From assembly GCA_017645945.1 (NCBI GenBank), contig JAGCNL010000018.1, forward strand, positions 64,249 to 128,248: a DNA stretch of 64,000 nt. Direction: 5' to 3'. This stretch comes from Salinivirgaceae bacterium (lineage in GTDB: Bacteria > Bacteroidota > Bacteroidia > Bacteroidales > SZUA-534). This document shows positions 1 to 8,154 of the stretch, one piece after another (the first letter of the stretch is position 1; every line of letters starts with the position of its first letter). The notes beneath the pieces were generated by a model. That model was not told where the DNA came from and did not search any database. It was given only the letters and a program-made list of their open reading frames with translations. The position numbers were made by a program, and so were the translations under genes.

Positions 1-447
1 ACGGCAATCTTCGCTCCTAACCTCTACAAGATTGTTGCAACCGCCAAAGACGCCTCGATGGGCAGTGTTTCGGCACCTGATTCGGCAGCATTCAACTCCA
101 CCATCACGCTTACTGCAAAAGCAGCCAGCGGCTACAATTTTGTCAAGTGGAGCGACGGCAACACCAGCAACCCGCGCAGTGTGACCGTGAATGGCGATAT
201 GAAGTTTGAAGCCATATTTGAAAAAGCCACCGCAGTGGAAGAATCAGCGGCAGGCAGCGTAAACATCTACGCTTACCAAAATGTGATAGTTGTTGAAAAT
301 GCCGAGGCCCAGATTAGCGTTTACAATGCCATGGGCAACCTTGTGGCAACATCAAACGACACTAATGCCGAAATCAAAATCCAAGGCACTGGCATCTATA
401 TTGTGAAAGTTGGCAATATTGTCGAACGCGTAATGATTAATGATTAA
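1..447 (+). CDS. 3' end of a large T9SS-secreted surface protein (5'-partial): B-type repeat plus C-terminal sorting domain
   Basis: Frame 1 is open from base 1. GYNFVKWSDGNTSNPRSVTV matches the B-repeat units of the giant genes. The tail IYIVKVGNIVERVMIND is paralogous to their C-termini. Confidence 0.8.
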   Translation, partial: TAIFAPNLYKIVATAKDASMGSVSAPDSAAFNSTITLTAKAASGYNFVKWSDGNTSNPRSVTVNGDMKFEAIFEKATAVEESAAGSVNIYAYQNVIVVENAEAQISVYNAMGNLVATSNDTNAEIKIQGTGIYIVKVGNIVERVMIND

Positions 448-473
448 CAGGCAATAAAAACCTGATATAAACG

Positions 474-502
474 AAAGGGGCGGGATTTTTCCCGCCCTTT
501 TG
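474..502 (+). terminator. Rho-independent terminator of the 1..447 gene
   Basis: GGGCGGGA-TTTT-TCCCGCCC stem-loop at 478-497, followed by TTTT. Confidence 0.75.
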
Positions 503-507
503 ATTTA

Positions 508-575
508 TCTCTAGCCAAACGAATCCAAAACTAACCAAAATATGTTTGGATTAAATTCGGATAAGTTTGGTTAGA
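508..575. repeat. Short inverted-repeat element of the CTCTAACC...GGTTAGAG family
   Basis: TCTCTAGCCAAACGAATCC (508-526) faces GGATAAGTTTGGTTAGA (559-575). Related arms occur at 11531-11596, 16536-16678, 27848-27873, 28051-28069 and 43198-43378. Confidence 0.6.
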
Positions 576-587
576 ACATCTAAGCAT

Positions 588-680
588 ACAAAAACAAAAA
601 AGGTCGACTCTCATCGACCTTCTTGCTCCCCTTCTTGTCCCGATAGCTATCGGGATTGAACCAAGGACCCCCTGATTAAC
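588..680 (-). repeat. Pseudo-copy A of the tRNA-Asn 3' half plus its terminator hairpin
   Basis: It aligns with 1086-1160 (terminator GGTCGACTCTCATCGACC, acceptor 3' strand, T-arm, up to the anticodon-loop remnant CCTGATTAAC). The T-loop is replaced by TCCCGATAGCTATCGGGA (638-655). Confidence 0.8.
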
Positions 681-978
681 CATGTGAAGTGTTATATCTT
701 GAAAGGAGTTTTTCCTGTAGTTCTGGATATTTTTTCAGATTCTGAATGTATGTTTTGCTTTTCATCTTTTTTATATGTGACTCGACTAGGCGTGCTTGTG
801 TTCTTGATTGACATTCCAACACAAGAAAAATCTCCCAATCAACCGACCGTGTAGTAAATGAACCACTAAATTTATGGGAAATATGTTCCTCAAATCTATT
901 GTCAAGATCTACGGTCTCTCCAATATAATATTTATCAATCGTTTGACTATAAATAATATATACAAAATAATGTTCCAC
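676..978 (-). CDS. GIY-YIG nuclease family protein (about 100 aa, stand-alone)
   Basis: The N-terminus is YFVYIIYS...KYYIGET.DL..R..EH, the GIY-YIG signature. The stop codon lies inside the tRNA anticodon-loop remnant of copy A. Confidence 0.85.
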   Translation of the reverse strand: MEHYFVYIIYSQTIDKYYIGETVDLDNRFEEHISHKFSGSFTTRSVDWEIFLVLECQSRTQARLVESHIKKMKSKTYIQNLKKYPELQEKLLSRYNTSHG

Positions 979-987
979 AGGAATAAG

Positions 988-1072
988 TACAAAAACAAAA
1001 AAAGGCCGACTCTCATCGACCTTCTTGCTCCCCCTTCTTGTCCCGATAGCTATCGGGATTGAACCAAGGACC
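988..1072 (-). repeat. Pseudo-copy B of the tRNA-Asn 3' end plus a decayed terminator
   Basis: It has the same architecture as copy A, including the palindrome (1041-1058). It is truncated after GAACCAAGGACC, and the hairpin carries one mismatch (GGCCGAC). Confidence 0.8.
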
Positions 1073-1085
1073 AGGCCGATATAAA

Positions 1086-1111
1086 TTAAAAAAGGTCGAC
1101 TCTCATCGACC
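1086..1111 (-). terminator. Terminator of tRNA-Asn
   Basis: On the minus strand, GGTCGA-TGAGAG-TCGACC is followed by TTTTTT immediately after the tRNA 3' end. Confidence 0.7.
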
Positions 1112-1117
1112 TTCTTG

Positions 1118-1191
1118 CTCCCCTTCTTGGACTTGAACCAAGGACCCCCTGATTAACAGTCAGGTGCTCTAACCAACTGAGCTAAAGAGGA
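1118..1191 (-). tRNA. tRNA-Asn (anticodon GTT), 74 nt, CCA not encoded
   Basis: I folded it by hand. Acceptor TCCTCTT/AAGGGGA (one G-U), D-arm GCTC-AGTTGGTTA-GAGC, anticodon arm CCTGA-CTGTTAA-TCAGG, T-arm CTTGG-TTCAAGT-CCAAG, discriminator G. Confidence 0.93.
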
Positions 1192-1229
1192 ATTTTCCAA
1201 CAACCTTGGTTGTCCCTCAATTGCGGGTG

Positions 1230-1260
1230 CAAAAATAGACGCGCGTTTTTAATTTGCAAA
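1230..1260 (-). promoter_or_regulatory. Bacteroidota-type promoter for tRNA-Asn (-7 TATTTTTG, -33 TTTG)
   Basis: On the minus strand, TTTG (1257-1260) is followed after 19 nt by TATTTTTG (1230-1237). The tRNA 5' end lies about 39 nt downstream. Confidence 0.5.
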
Positions 1261-1343
1261 ACTTTTTTGCAAAAAAAATCAAAAACCCCCACCGCGCTCT
1301 CTCTTGCTGCACGGCAGGGGTTTTGTTAAATGCTCTCGCTATG

Positions 1344-1877
1344 TTAGAAATCTATATCTCTGATAAGGCGTACTGAACATGGAGCTTCCCGAGGGTTAGT
1401 TTGGATATAAAAATTGCCGCTGCCCTGACTACTAAAAGGAATCATAACATATATATAATAACCAGCAGAGGTCGATGTCCAATACAAAGTATTAGAGTAC
1501 AATTTGAAATCACTTTGCGGATAGTTGGAATTGCTTTCATGGCCATCACCCATTATTCCACGTCCGAAGTAACTCGGCAAGAAAACAACACCATATTTCT
1601 TCTCAAGATACTGTAATTGTGAAGAGCCAAGAGCGGTAACATTGTTTGTTCCGATATTGCTTAACAACTTGGTAATATATGATTTACCCGAATTTTCACT
1701 TTCGACAACATTGGCATCCCAATTATCTGGCATAAGCAACATGCCAGGCAGCCCTGATGATGGCTCAAAGTATTTTCCATTAGTATTTTCTGCTATTGTT
1801 ATTGATACCAGACAGCGTTTGCTTGCGGCACCTGTGCGTTCGTTAAACAGGTACTCCCATTCAGATTCTGTTGGCAA
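1344..1877 (-). CDS. Orphan FISUMP/DUF1566-like lectin-fold domain protein (no signal peptide, non-ATG start; possibly a gene remnant)
   Basis: It carries LPTESEWEYL...YWTSTS...CSVRLIRD motifs typical of the Fibrobacter-succinogenes-major-paralogous / DUF1566 type domain. The ORF opens with TTG. It lies in the same frame as the upstream 702-aa ORF. Confidence 0.6.
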   Translation of the reverse strand: MPTESEWEYLFNERTGAASKRCLVSITIAENTNGKYFEPSSGLPGMLLMPDNWDANVVESENSGKSYITKLLSNIGTNNVTALGSSQLQYLEKKYGVVFLPSYFGRGIMGDGHESNSNYPQSDFKLYSNTLYWTSTSAGYYIYVMIPFSSQGSGNFYIQTNPREAPCSVRLIRDIDF

Positions 1878-1937
1878 ACCCCTCCCCCAGCCGCAAGGCC
1901 GAGAGAGGGGTTCTGATTACTGGTATGATACAATCTT

Positions 1938-4046
1938 TTAATTAGTGTCACTTCGCCCTGTTGTGATTTCAATTGTGCAATCCTCGCCAGGAAGACCGAA
2001 AATCCACTTTTCAGCATAGCCGTCTGTTATATTTCTACCTTCATAACTATCATAATGTTTAAATTCGCGCTGAAAACGCAGGAACGTCCGAAGGTCTGCC
2101 TCTCCAGGTATTACATTGTAACTTTTATCAAAGTTGGTTTCTGTGGCGAAGCCATAATCAGCGTATGCAGACCAAATGTCACTATACCTTTCTCCATTTA
2201 CCCAAATTCCACAGTCTGGGTCGTCTGCCGCACGCCAAATGTTCAGGAAGAAAAGGCTGTAGGCGGGCAGTTTGTACACTCGCTCGATTGGGGCGGGTGT
2301 GCTGCCTTTCGCCTCAAACAATATGTCAAACAGTTTGATGGTTGTATTTTGCGAATGTACAACACTGCCGTTTCCGACTTTTTTCACTTCCGAGATTTTT
2401 ACGGTTACGTTTATTGTATTGGGCACATTCGCAGCTTGAGCGTATGCGCTCAAATCGGGTGCGGAAGGAATTGAATTTTGCAGTTGGGTGAGTTGATTTT
2501 GAAGTGCTGCAATTTGCTGTGTGAGATCCTCCAACGATTGGTGAGCGGTTAGAACAGTAGCCGAGGTGCCTTCTTTAAGAGTAATGGTTGCTTTGTCGGC
2601 ATTTTCTCCTGTTCCTGGTACAATGCTCATAGCGTTTTTGTCGGCTTTGCCTGTAATGTCTTGATGCTCGGTGAGAACACCGCTTTCCAGTTTTGTTTTC
2701 AGTTCGTTGGTGAAATCGTTGGTTGACAGGACTTTGTTACCATCTTTGTCAACTTTGCCAGCAACTTCGGTTTGGGTGGCATAAGTTTTTGCAACATCGG
2801 CTGTCTTTGCGTAAGCGTCAAGTGATTGGTGAGCGGTGAGCACTGTTTCCTGCATATCGTTTTGGAGTTTAATAACAGCAGTGCCAGAATTGGCTCCTGG
2901 GGTTATACTCATTTCGCTCTTGTTGGCTTTGCCACTAATATCCTGATGGCTCTGCAAAGCCGTTGCGCCAAGGGCTGCACCGCTGCGGATGTCGTCAAGG
3001 TCGTCGATAACATCTTGCTTGCCACTAATATCCTGGTGAGATGTCAGATAATTGACATCGTTCTGCAATTCAGACACTTTGGTTGGAACGGAGGGCATTA
3101 CAGGAATGTCAGATTTCAGTGCATAGCCGCTCAAACTTGGAATGTCAGCCTTCTTGGCGTAAGTATTCTCAACATCAGCGGTTTTGGCATAAACGGTGAG
3201 GTCAACCGATTCGGCATCGCCGCCGCTCAAAACATAGTTGTCGAAAGCCTCTTTGGTTACGTAGTTTTCTGCCACAAAATTCTTCTTCGCGTATTCCGAA
3301 CGGATTTGGTTCAGTGTATCAGAGTAATAATCCAACATACGCATTTGAACATAATTGCTCATGTTCGGCAAATCAGTTTTTTTGGCGTAAACGCTCAAGT
3401 CAACCGAATCGGGCAGTGAGCCATTGACAACATAACTTTCAAACACCTCTTGGGTTACATAATTTTTAGTCAATACATTAACGTCGGTTTTCTTGATGTA
3501 GGTGTTGCCGTAGGCAGCCAGCGAGTCGTTGATAAGTTTCCTTATCGCTTCCAAATCCTCAGCTTTCACGTAGCCTAACAGTTCCTGAACATCGCTGCTG
3601 CTCAAGGTTTTAGCCAACTTCTGATAGTCGAGTTCGCCAGCCTGCTCGGCATACATGGCAAACGGCACGCTCAAAAGTTGAGTGGTGGCTGTGCCGTACT
3701 TGGTCTCTGTGCGCATGTTGTAGATGGCACCGGGCATGCTCCATTTAATATCAGACAGTTTCTGACTGCTCTCACCCTGACCGACAACAAGTGTGAGAAG
3801 GCCGTTGGCGTTGGTGGTAACGGAGTGCTTCTCGGTGTAGGTCTGCACAGCTGTGCCGTCAACCTCGGCTGTGATGGTGATGTCAACATCAACAGTCTGG
3901 TTTGCAACTATAGCGTTCTGCGCATCGCGCACAACAGCCTGATAACTGAAGCCCTGCGGGGCCTGGGCGAATGTTGCCACTGACAATAACAGGGCGGCAA
4001 CAAGTGTTGTGATTTTTTTCATTGTTTTTGTATTTAAATTATTCAT
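1938..4046 (-). CDS. Secreted fibre-like repeat protein (conserved N-terminal domain, tail-fibre-like repeats)
   Basis: It has a signal peptide (MKKITTLVAALLLSVATFAQA; the start may be 4022). The N-domain GFSYQAVVRDAQ...TNANG...SVPFAMYA is homologous to the N-terminus of the gene at 61791. It contains repeated YAKK(T/A)D and (S/A/E)HQ(D/S)(I/L) motifs and a QNQLTQLQN coiled segment. Confidence 0.8.
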   Translation of the reverse strand: MNNLNTKTMKKITTLVAALLLSVATFAQAPQGFSYQAVVRDAQNAIVANQTVDVDITITAEVDGTAVQTYTEKHSVTTNANGLLTLVVGQGESSQKLSDIKWSMPGAIYNMRTETKYGTATTQLLSVPFAMYAEQAGELDYQKLAKTLSSSDVQELLGYVKAEDLEAIRKLINDSLAAYGNTYIKKTDVNVLTKNYVTQEVFESYVVNGSLPDSVDLSVYAKKTDLPNMSNYVQMRMLDYYSDTLNQIRSEYAKKNFVAENYVTKEAFDNYVLSGGDAESVDLTVYAKTADVENTYAKKADIPSLSGYALKSDIPVMPSVPTKVSELQNDVNYLTSHQDISGKQDVIDDLDDIRSGAALGATALQSHQDISGKANKSEMSITPGANSGTAVIKLQNDMQETVLTAHQSLDAYAKTADVAKTYATQTEVAGKVDKDGNKVLSTNDFTNELKTKLESGVLTEHQDITGKADKNAMSIVPGTGENADKATITLKEGTSATVLTAHQSLEDLTQQIAALQNQLTQLQNSIPSAPDLSAYAQAANVPNTINVTVKISEVKKVGNGSVVHSQNTTIKLFDILFEAKGSTPAPIERVYKLPAYSLFFLNIWRAADDPDCGIWVNGERYSDIWSAYADYGFATETNFDKSYNVIPGEADLRTFLRFQREFKHYDSYEGRNITDGYAEKWIFGLPGEDCTIEITTGRSDTN

Positions 4047-4059
4047 TATTAATTATTTA

Positions 4060-4542
4060 TTAATTCTTCACGATTTTAAAAGTTTTCAGCGCTGTTTCGC
4101 CGTTGTCAACGCGCAGGAAATAAACGCCTTGGGCAAAACTGCTCATTTCGATGGCGGTTTGGGCATCGGCGACGTTGTCGGCAACAATGGTGCGGCCGTT
4201 GTTGTCAGTGAGCGTGTAACGCAGGGTGGCTGCATCGGTGTTGTCAACACGCAAGGTCAGGCGGTCGACCACGGGATTGGGATAAACCTCGGCCTCAAGG
4301 GTTATCTGCGTGTTCTCAATACCATCAACAACACTGATGTCGTAAGCTTGCTGCACTCCGGCGGCAAGACTACCGGCATCAGATGTGGCTGTTTGGTAGA
4401 ATGGCTGTCCTACAGTGAAACTCACCGTACCTGCCTCGCCACCTGCCGTAGCAACGGAGGTTTGGGCTGTGGCCGCACCCGTGCATAGCAGCATTGCAGC
4501 GGCGGCCAAAATCATTTTTCTTCTTTTTTCTGTCATAAGCAA
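4060..4542 (-). CDS. Small secreted protein with a T9SS type-A C-terminal sorting domain
   Basis: It has a signal peptide (the start may be 4536 or 4515). The C-terminus reads VYPNPVVDRLTL...GVYFLRVDNGE..KTFKIVKN. Confidence 0.8.
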   Translation of the reverse strand: MLMTEKRRKMILAAAAMLLCTGAATAQTSVATAGGEAGTVSFTVGQPFYQTATSDAGSLAAGVQQAYDISVVDGIENTQITLEAEVYPNPVVDRLTLRVDNTDAATLRYTLTDNNGRTIVADNVADAQTAIEMSSFAQGVYFLRVDNGETALKTFKIVKN

Positions 4543-4667
4543 TTAATTAAATAATTTCCTAAAAAATGTGCCGCGAAGGAAGGAAAAACCCAAAAAATCG
4601 TCAATAGGTATTTATACCTATACGGGGATAATCGCCTGAAAATTAGGTGGATATTTTTGCACCTCAG

Positions 4668-5165
4668 CTACTTAATTTCTTCGATGGTCATTTGCAGTCT
4701 TACCCAAGGATGCTTCACAAGCACCTGGCTGATGCCTCCGTCGGCGTTGTAGTTTATCACAAAGACTGATTTTCCGAAGCCCGAACCGAGTTTGCGGCAC
4801 TCGGTTTCGGCAGTGAGTTTTTTAAGTTTGGCCAGATTGCGGTCGATGAGCACAACGCGCAAATCGCGTTCGAGTAATTGCAGAACTTTCGGGCGGCGCA
4901 TTGGCTCGATGCAGCTGTTCACTTTCAGCGAGTCGGCGGTGAGGGTGAAATCAAAAATGGTCAGTCCGAAATACGATGAAGCCAGCACGCGCGGACCGTC
5001 GCTGGTTGGCCTGGCGAGCATCATTCCGCTCAGATGGTTGCCGCGAGTGTCGATTTGCAGATTGTGCCGAGCCGTCTTGCCGGGAGTTATTATTGGCTGC
5101 GCCCAACCCGAATGTGCCAAAAGCAGAACGACACCTATAATTATATAACGCGAATGGCGTGTCAT
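4668..5165 (-). CDS. Hypothetical exported protein
   Basis: It has an N-terminal hydrophobic signal. Its ATG shares one nt with the stop of the upstream LolA-like gene (TGATG). Confidence 0.6.
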   Translation of the reverse strand: MTRHSRYIIIGVVLLLAHSGWAQPIITPGKTARHNLQIDTRGNHLSGMMLARPTSDGPRVLASSYFGLTIFDFTLTADSLKVNSCIEPMRRPKVLQLLERDLRVVLIDRNLAKLKKLTAETECRKLGSGFGKSVFVINYNADGGISQVLVKHPWVRLQMTIEEIK

Positions 5166-5794
5166 CAGTCAATTGCGAAGCGGCTTTCGTCCTTCAGTTG
5201 GTTGAAGCGTTTGTTGCTGAATTTGTAATCGGTGTAGTCAGCCTCGTTCTCATACATCCGCAACTGGTCAACCGACATGTCAGCCTTGCTCAGCCTAATC
5301 TCAATGGCCGACACATAATCCTTAACCTGCTTGCTGCGAGGTGTTATGCTGATAATATACTGATTATTATCTTCTTGATATTTAAGATTGTAGTTGTCAT
5401 TCATGCGGTTCAGGTCGCCCACCATACAGGCAGTTATCATATCCTGCATTTCGTTCATCATTTTGTTTGTATTGAGCTGCATAACGTTCTTTTTGCCATC
5501 GGCCACAATCTTCAGCCGGCTACCGTTTATTACAATCAGATAACTCAGTGGTTGCGAATAATCAAGGCTTATCTTATTGTCTTTCAAATAGTAGAATTTT
5601 CCTTTCGAAGTCACATCCTCATCAAACATGTCGAGATGCTTAACTTGCAGAAAATCGCTTTCAATCGATGTCAGCTTGTCGGATGTCTCTTTCAGTCTCG
5701 ACTCGAACTTCTGCATATCGGCAATGCCACTGACCTGCGCAGCCGCCGCAAGAGCCGTCATGATGACTATCAGGAGTGTTAACAGATGTTTCAT
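5165..5794 (-). CDS. LolA-like outer-membrane lipoprotein carrier family protein
   Basis: It has a signal peptide. Its size (about 209 aa) and pattern (KGKFYYLKDNKISLDY...) are typical of LolA-like proteins. Confidence 0.65.
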   Translation of the reverse strand: MKHLLTLLIVIMTALAAAAQVSGIADMQKFESRLKETSDKLTSIESDFLQVKHLDMFDEDVTSKGKFYYLKDNKISLDYSQPLSYLIVINGSRLKIVADGKKNVMQLNTNKMMNEMQDMITACMVGDLNRMNDNYNLKYQEDNNQYIISITPRSKQVKDYVSAIEIRLSKADMSVDQLRMYENEADYTDYKFSNKRFNQLKDESRFAID

Positions 5795-5824
5795 TATCCG
5801 TTTTTTTCGGGTTCAACTCAGTGC

Positions 5825-7981
5825 TTATTCCACAAACTTCATCTCGCCAATCAGATTCTGCGCATCGAAATACTTGTCGAGAATGAGCAATACGTAGCGG
5901 ATGTCAACAACAATGCACTTTTGCAGCTCAGGCTCAAAGATGATGTCGCCGCTCATCGACTCCCAGTTGCCGTCGAAGGCCAAGCCGATAAGTTCGCCGC
6001 GGGCATTCATGACGGGGCTGCCCGAGTTGCCGCCCGTGATGTCGTTGTTGGTTGTGAAGCAGACATTCAACGTGCCGTCAGGGTTGCCGTAGCGGCCGTA
6101 ATCCTTCTTCTGCCAAATCTCTTTTAGCTTGGCCGGAACATTGAACTCGCGCACTGTCGGGTCCTCCTTCTCCATCACACCGTCGAGCGTTGTTTTATAA
6201 TCGTAAGTGACAGCATCGGCTGGATGGTAGCCAGAGATGGTGCCATAGGTCAGACGCATGGTGCTGTTGGCATCGGGGCTGAAGAGTTTGTCGGGCTGCA
6301 TTTCCATCAGTCCGGCCACAAACAGGCGCATTCCTTCTGACAGTTTCTCCTCGCCGTTGTAACGGAGACTGGCCACAAAACCGTATTTATCATAGATTTC
6401 GGTTCCTGCCTGCAGAATCGGGTCGCTTTTCAGCACTTTCTCACTCGGCTTGCTCAGAAAAGCATCAAGTTTAGCCTTGTCGCAGAACATTGATTTAGCA
6501 AAGGCATCATCAACAAACTTATCAATGTCACCTTTGTATTTGCCTAAGACAGTTTTGTTTATGTATTCGGGATAGAACTCAGGTTGCACTTTTTTAATGA
6601 ACAGACGAATCATCTCTTTGGTTGTCTGACGGTCAACCTCCTTGTTATAGTCCTTAAAGAAATCTTCGGCTCTTTTCACAACCGCTTCCTTAACCTCTGC
6701 GACATTTTCGGCTTTTGGGTCCGTGAGTTTTTTCAAACTCGACATCTGCCTTACGGCGAAATATGCCGATTCGAACCCATACAACTGAGATTCAACCAGA
6801 TACGTTACAGCCATATTGTATGCGTGATTCTGCATGACGCCATCCTCAATCAAGTCGAGCGCTTTGCCGTATTTCGCCTTGCGGGCAGCGTCGGCATTCA
6901 CCCATTTTGTGAAATCAGCCTCCAACTCACGCTTCTTGTCAACCACATGCAGGCGTTTCAAGCTGCGGTTCTGACCAATGGAATATTTCCAGTAGTTCGA
7001 CGACCTTGCATATTTCGACGCATATTGAATGCGGATTTTCTCATCGTTGTCCATGAATTCTCCCCACACATCCTGCTTGGTTCCACGCACCAAAGCACGC
7101 ACTTCGTTCACAGCCGTCATCTCCGACTCGGTCTCCCACGATGAGAAATAGCGGTCGGTTGAGCCAGGATAACCCATCACAAAGGCAAAATCGTTCTCCT
7201 TGTATCCGCCAAGCGATATGGGCAGAAAATGCTTCGGATGGTAGGGAATGTTCTCCTCGGCATAATCAGCTGATGGTGCGCTGTCGGGGGCGCAATAAAC
7301 GCGGAACATTGAAAAATCGCCCGTATGGCGCGGCCACATCCAGTTGTCGGTGTCGGCGCCATATTTGCCAACCGACTCAGGCGGGGCGGCAACAAGGCGG
7401 ACATCGCCATAAATCTCATACACAAACAGATAGTAGAAATTCCCATGCAGCATATCATCCACCTGTGCCGAGTAGAGCGTGCCGGCAGTGGCGAGGTTGA
7501 TGATTGAATCGCACACAACATCGATGATGGAGTCGCGGGCGTTTTCGCTTGTGCCGTCGGGTATCTGGCTCACAATCTTTTCAGTAACATCCTCAACTCT
7601 GACCAGCAGCCATGCCGACTTGCCAGGATTGGGAAGCTCCTCAGCTTTGGTTCGCGCCACAAAACCGTTGGTCAGCAGGTCGTTTTCGACTGTGCTGTGG
7701 CTCTGAATCTCGCTATAACCGCAGTGGTGGTTGGTCATCAGCAAACCATCGGCCGAGACAAACGAGGCAGTGCAGCTTCCGCCGTCGAGCGCCACAATGG
7801 CGTCTTTCACGCAAGCGCGGTTGATGTTGTAGATGTCATCGGCAGTGAGCTGGAAGCCCAAATCGGTCATTGTGGCCATGTTTTTCTCAAGAAGAATGGG
7901 CAGCCACATTCCTTCGTCGGCTCGCGACACAAACGGGCTCGCCATCAGCGCTGAAACCAGCAGTAAAGTTATTTTACGCAT
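5825..7981 (-). CDS. S46 family dipeptidyl-peptidase (DPP7/DPP11 family)
   Basis: Motifs are ADEGMWLP after the signal peptide, NHHCGY (catalytic His region) and GGNSGSPV (catalytic Ser). FDGNWE has Gly at the position that I recall being Arg in the Asp/Glu-specific DPP11, which suggests DPP7-like specificity. Confidence 0.92.
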   Translation of the reverse strand: MRKITLLLVSALMASPFVSRADEGMWLPILLEKNMATMTDLGFQLTADDIYNINRACVKDAIVALDGGSCTASFVSADGLLMTNHHCGYSEIQSHSTVENDLLTNGFVARTKAEELPNPGKSAWLLVRVEDVTEKIVSQIPDGTSENARDSIIDVVCDSIINLATAGTLYSAQVDDMLHGNFYYLFVYEIYGDVRLVAAPPESVGKYGADTDNWMWPRHTGDFSMFRVYCAPDSAPSADYAEENIPYHPKHFLPISLGGYKENDFAFVMGYPGSTDRYFSSWETESEMTAVNEVRALVRGTKQDVWGEFMDNDEKIRIQYASKYARSSNYWKYSIGQNRSLKRLHVVDKKRELEADFTKWVNADAARKAKYGKALDLIEDGVMQNHAYNMAVTYLVESQLYGFESAYFAVRQMSSLKKLTDPKAENVAEVKEAVVKRAEDFFKDYNKEVDRQTTKEMIRLFIKKVQPEFYPEYINKTVLGKYKGDIDKFVDDAFAKSMFCDKAKLDAFLSKPSEKVLKSDPILQAGTEIYDKYGFVASLRYNGEEKLSEGMRLFVAGLMEMQPDKLFSPDANSTMRLTYGTISGYHPADAVTYDYKTTLDGVMEKEDPTVREFNVPAKLKEIWQKKDYGRYGNPDGTLNVCFTTNNDITGGNSGSPVMNARGELIGLAFDGNWESMSGDIIFEPELQKCIVVDIRYVLLILDKYFDAQNLIGEMKFVE

Positions 7982-8001
7982 ATCAGTATTTAAATTTTCG
8001 C

Positions 8002-8009
8002 CAAATGTA
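8002..8009 (-). promoter_or_regulatory. -7 box TACATTTG for the S46 peptidase operon
   Basis: It matches TAnnTTTG, 20 nt upstream of the ATG at 7981. Confidence 0.45.
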
Positions 8010-8107
8010 AAGATTTTTTTGGCGCAGAATGTAGGTTTTTGCGGGGATGATTGCGGATGTCCGGAACGAAAATAGCGCGAAGTGGTGTTGTAAATCGCAT
8101 AAAAGAT

Positions 8108-8115
8108 TATCTTTG
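8108..8115 (+). promoter_or_regulatory. -7 box TATCTTTG for the bactofilin gene
   Basis: It matches TAnnTTTG, about 40 nt upstream of the ATG at 8155. Confidence 0.45.
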
Positions 8116-8154
8116 GGCGCTCCGCAAAGGCGGATTTGAAAAAAACAATTTACT

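Noticed and set aside
1878-1937. Programmed stop-codon readthrough joining the 702-aa ORF and the lectin-like ORF
   Set aside because: Two TAA codons within 8 codons would both need suppression, and no known recoding signal is visible. A decayed fusion or separate genes is the more economical reading; the in-frame relation is kept only as an observation.
1344-4542. Prophage remnant, because of the tail-fibre-like and collagen-like proteins
   Set aside because: No other phage genes (capsid, terminase, integrase, baseplate) are nearby. Both proteins have Sec signal peptides typical of cellular surface proteins.
4651-4658. TATTTTTG -7-like box on the plus strand
   Set aside because: There is no plus-strand gene downstream (the next gene is on the minus strand) and no -33 TTTG at the right spacing. 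It is probably a chance match, although the same TATTTTTGCACC string occurs in the tRNA-Asn promoter.
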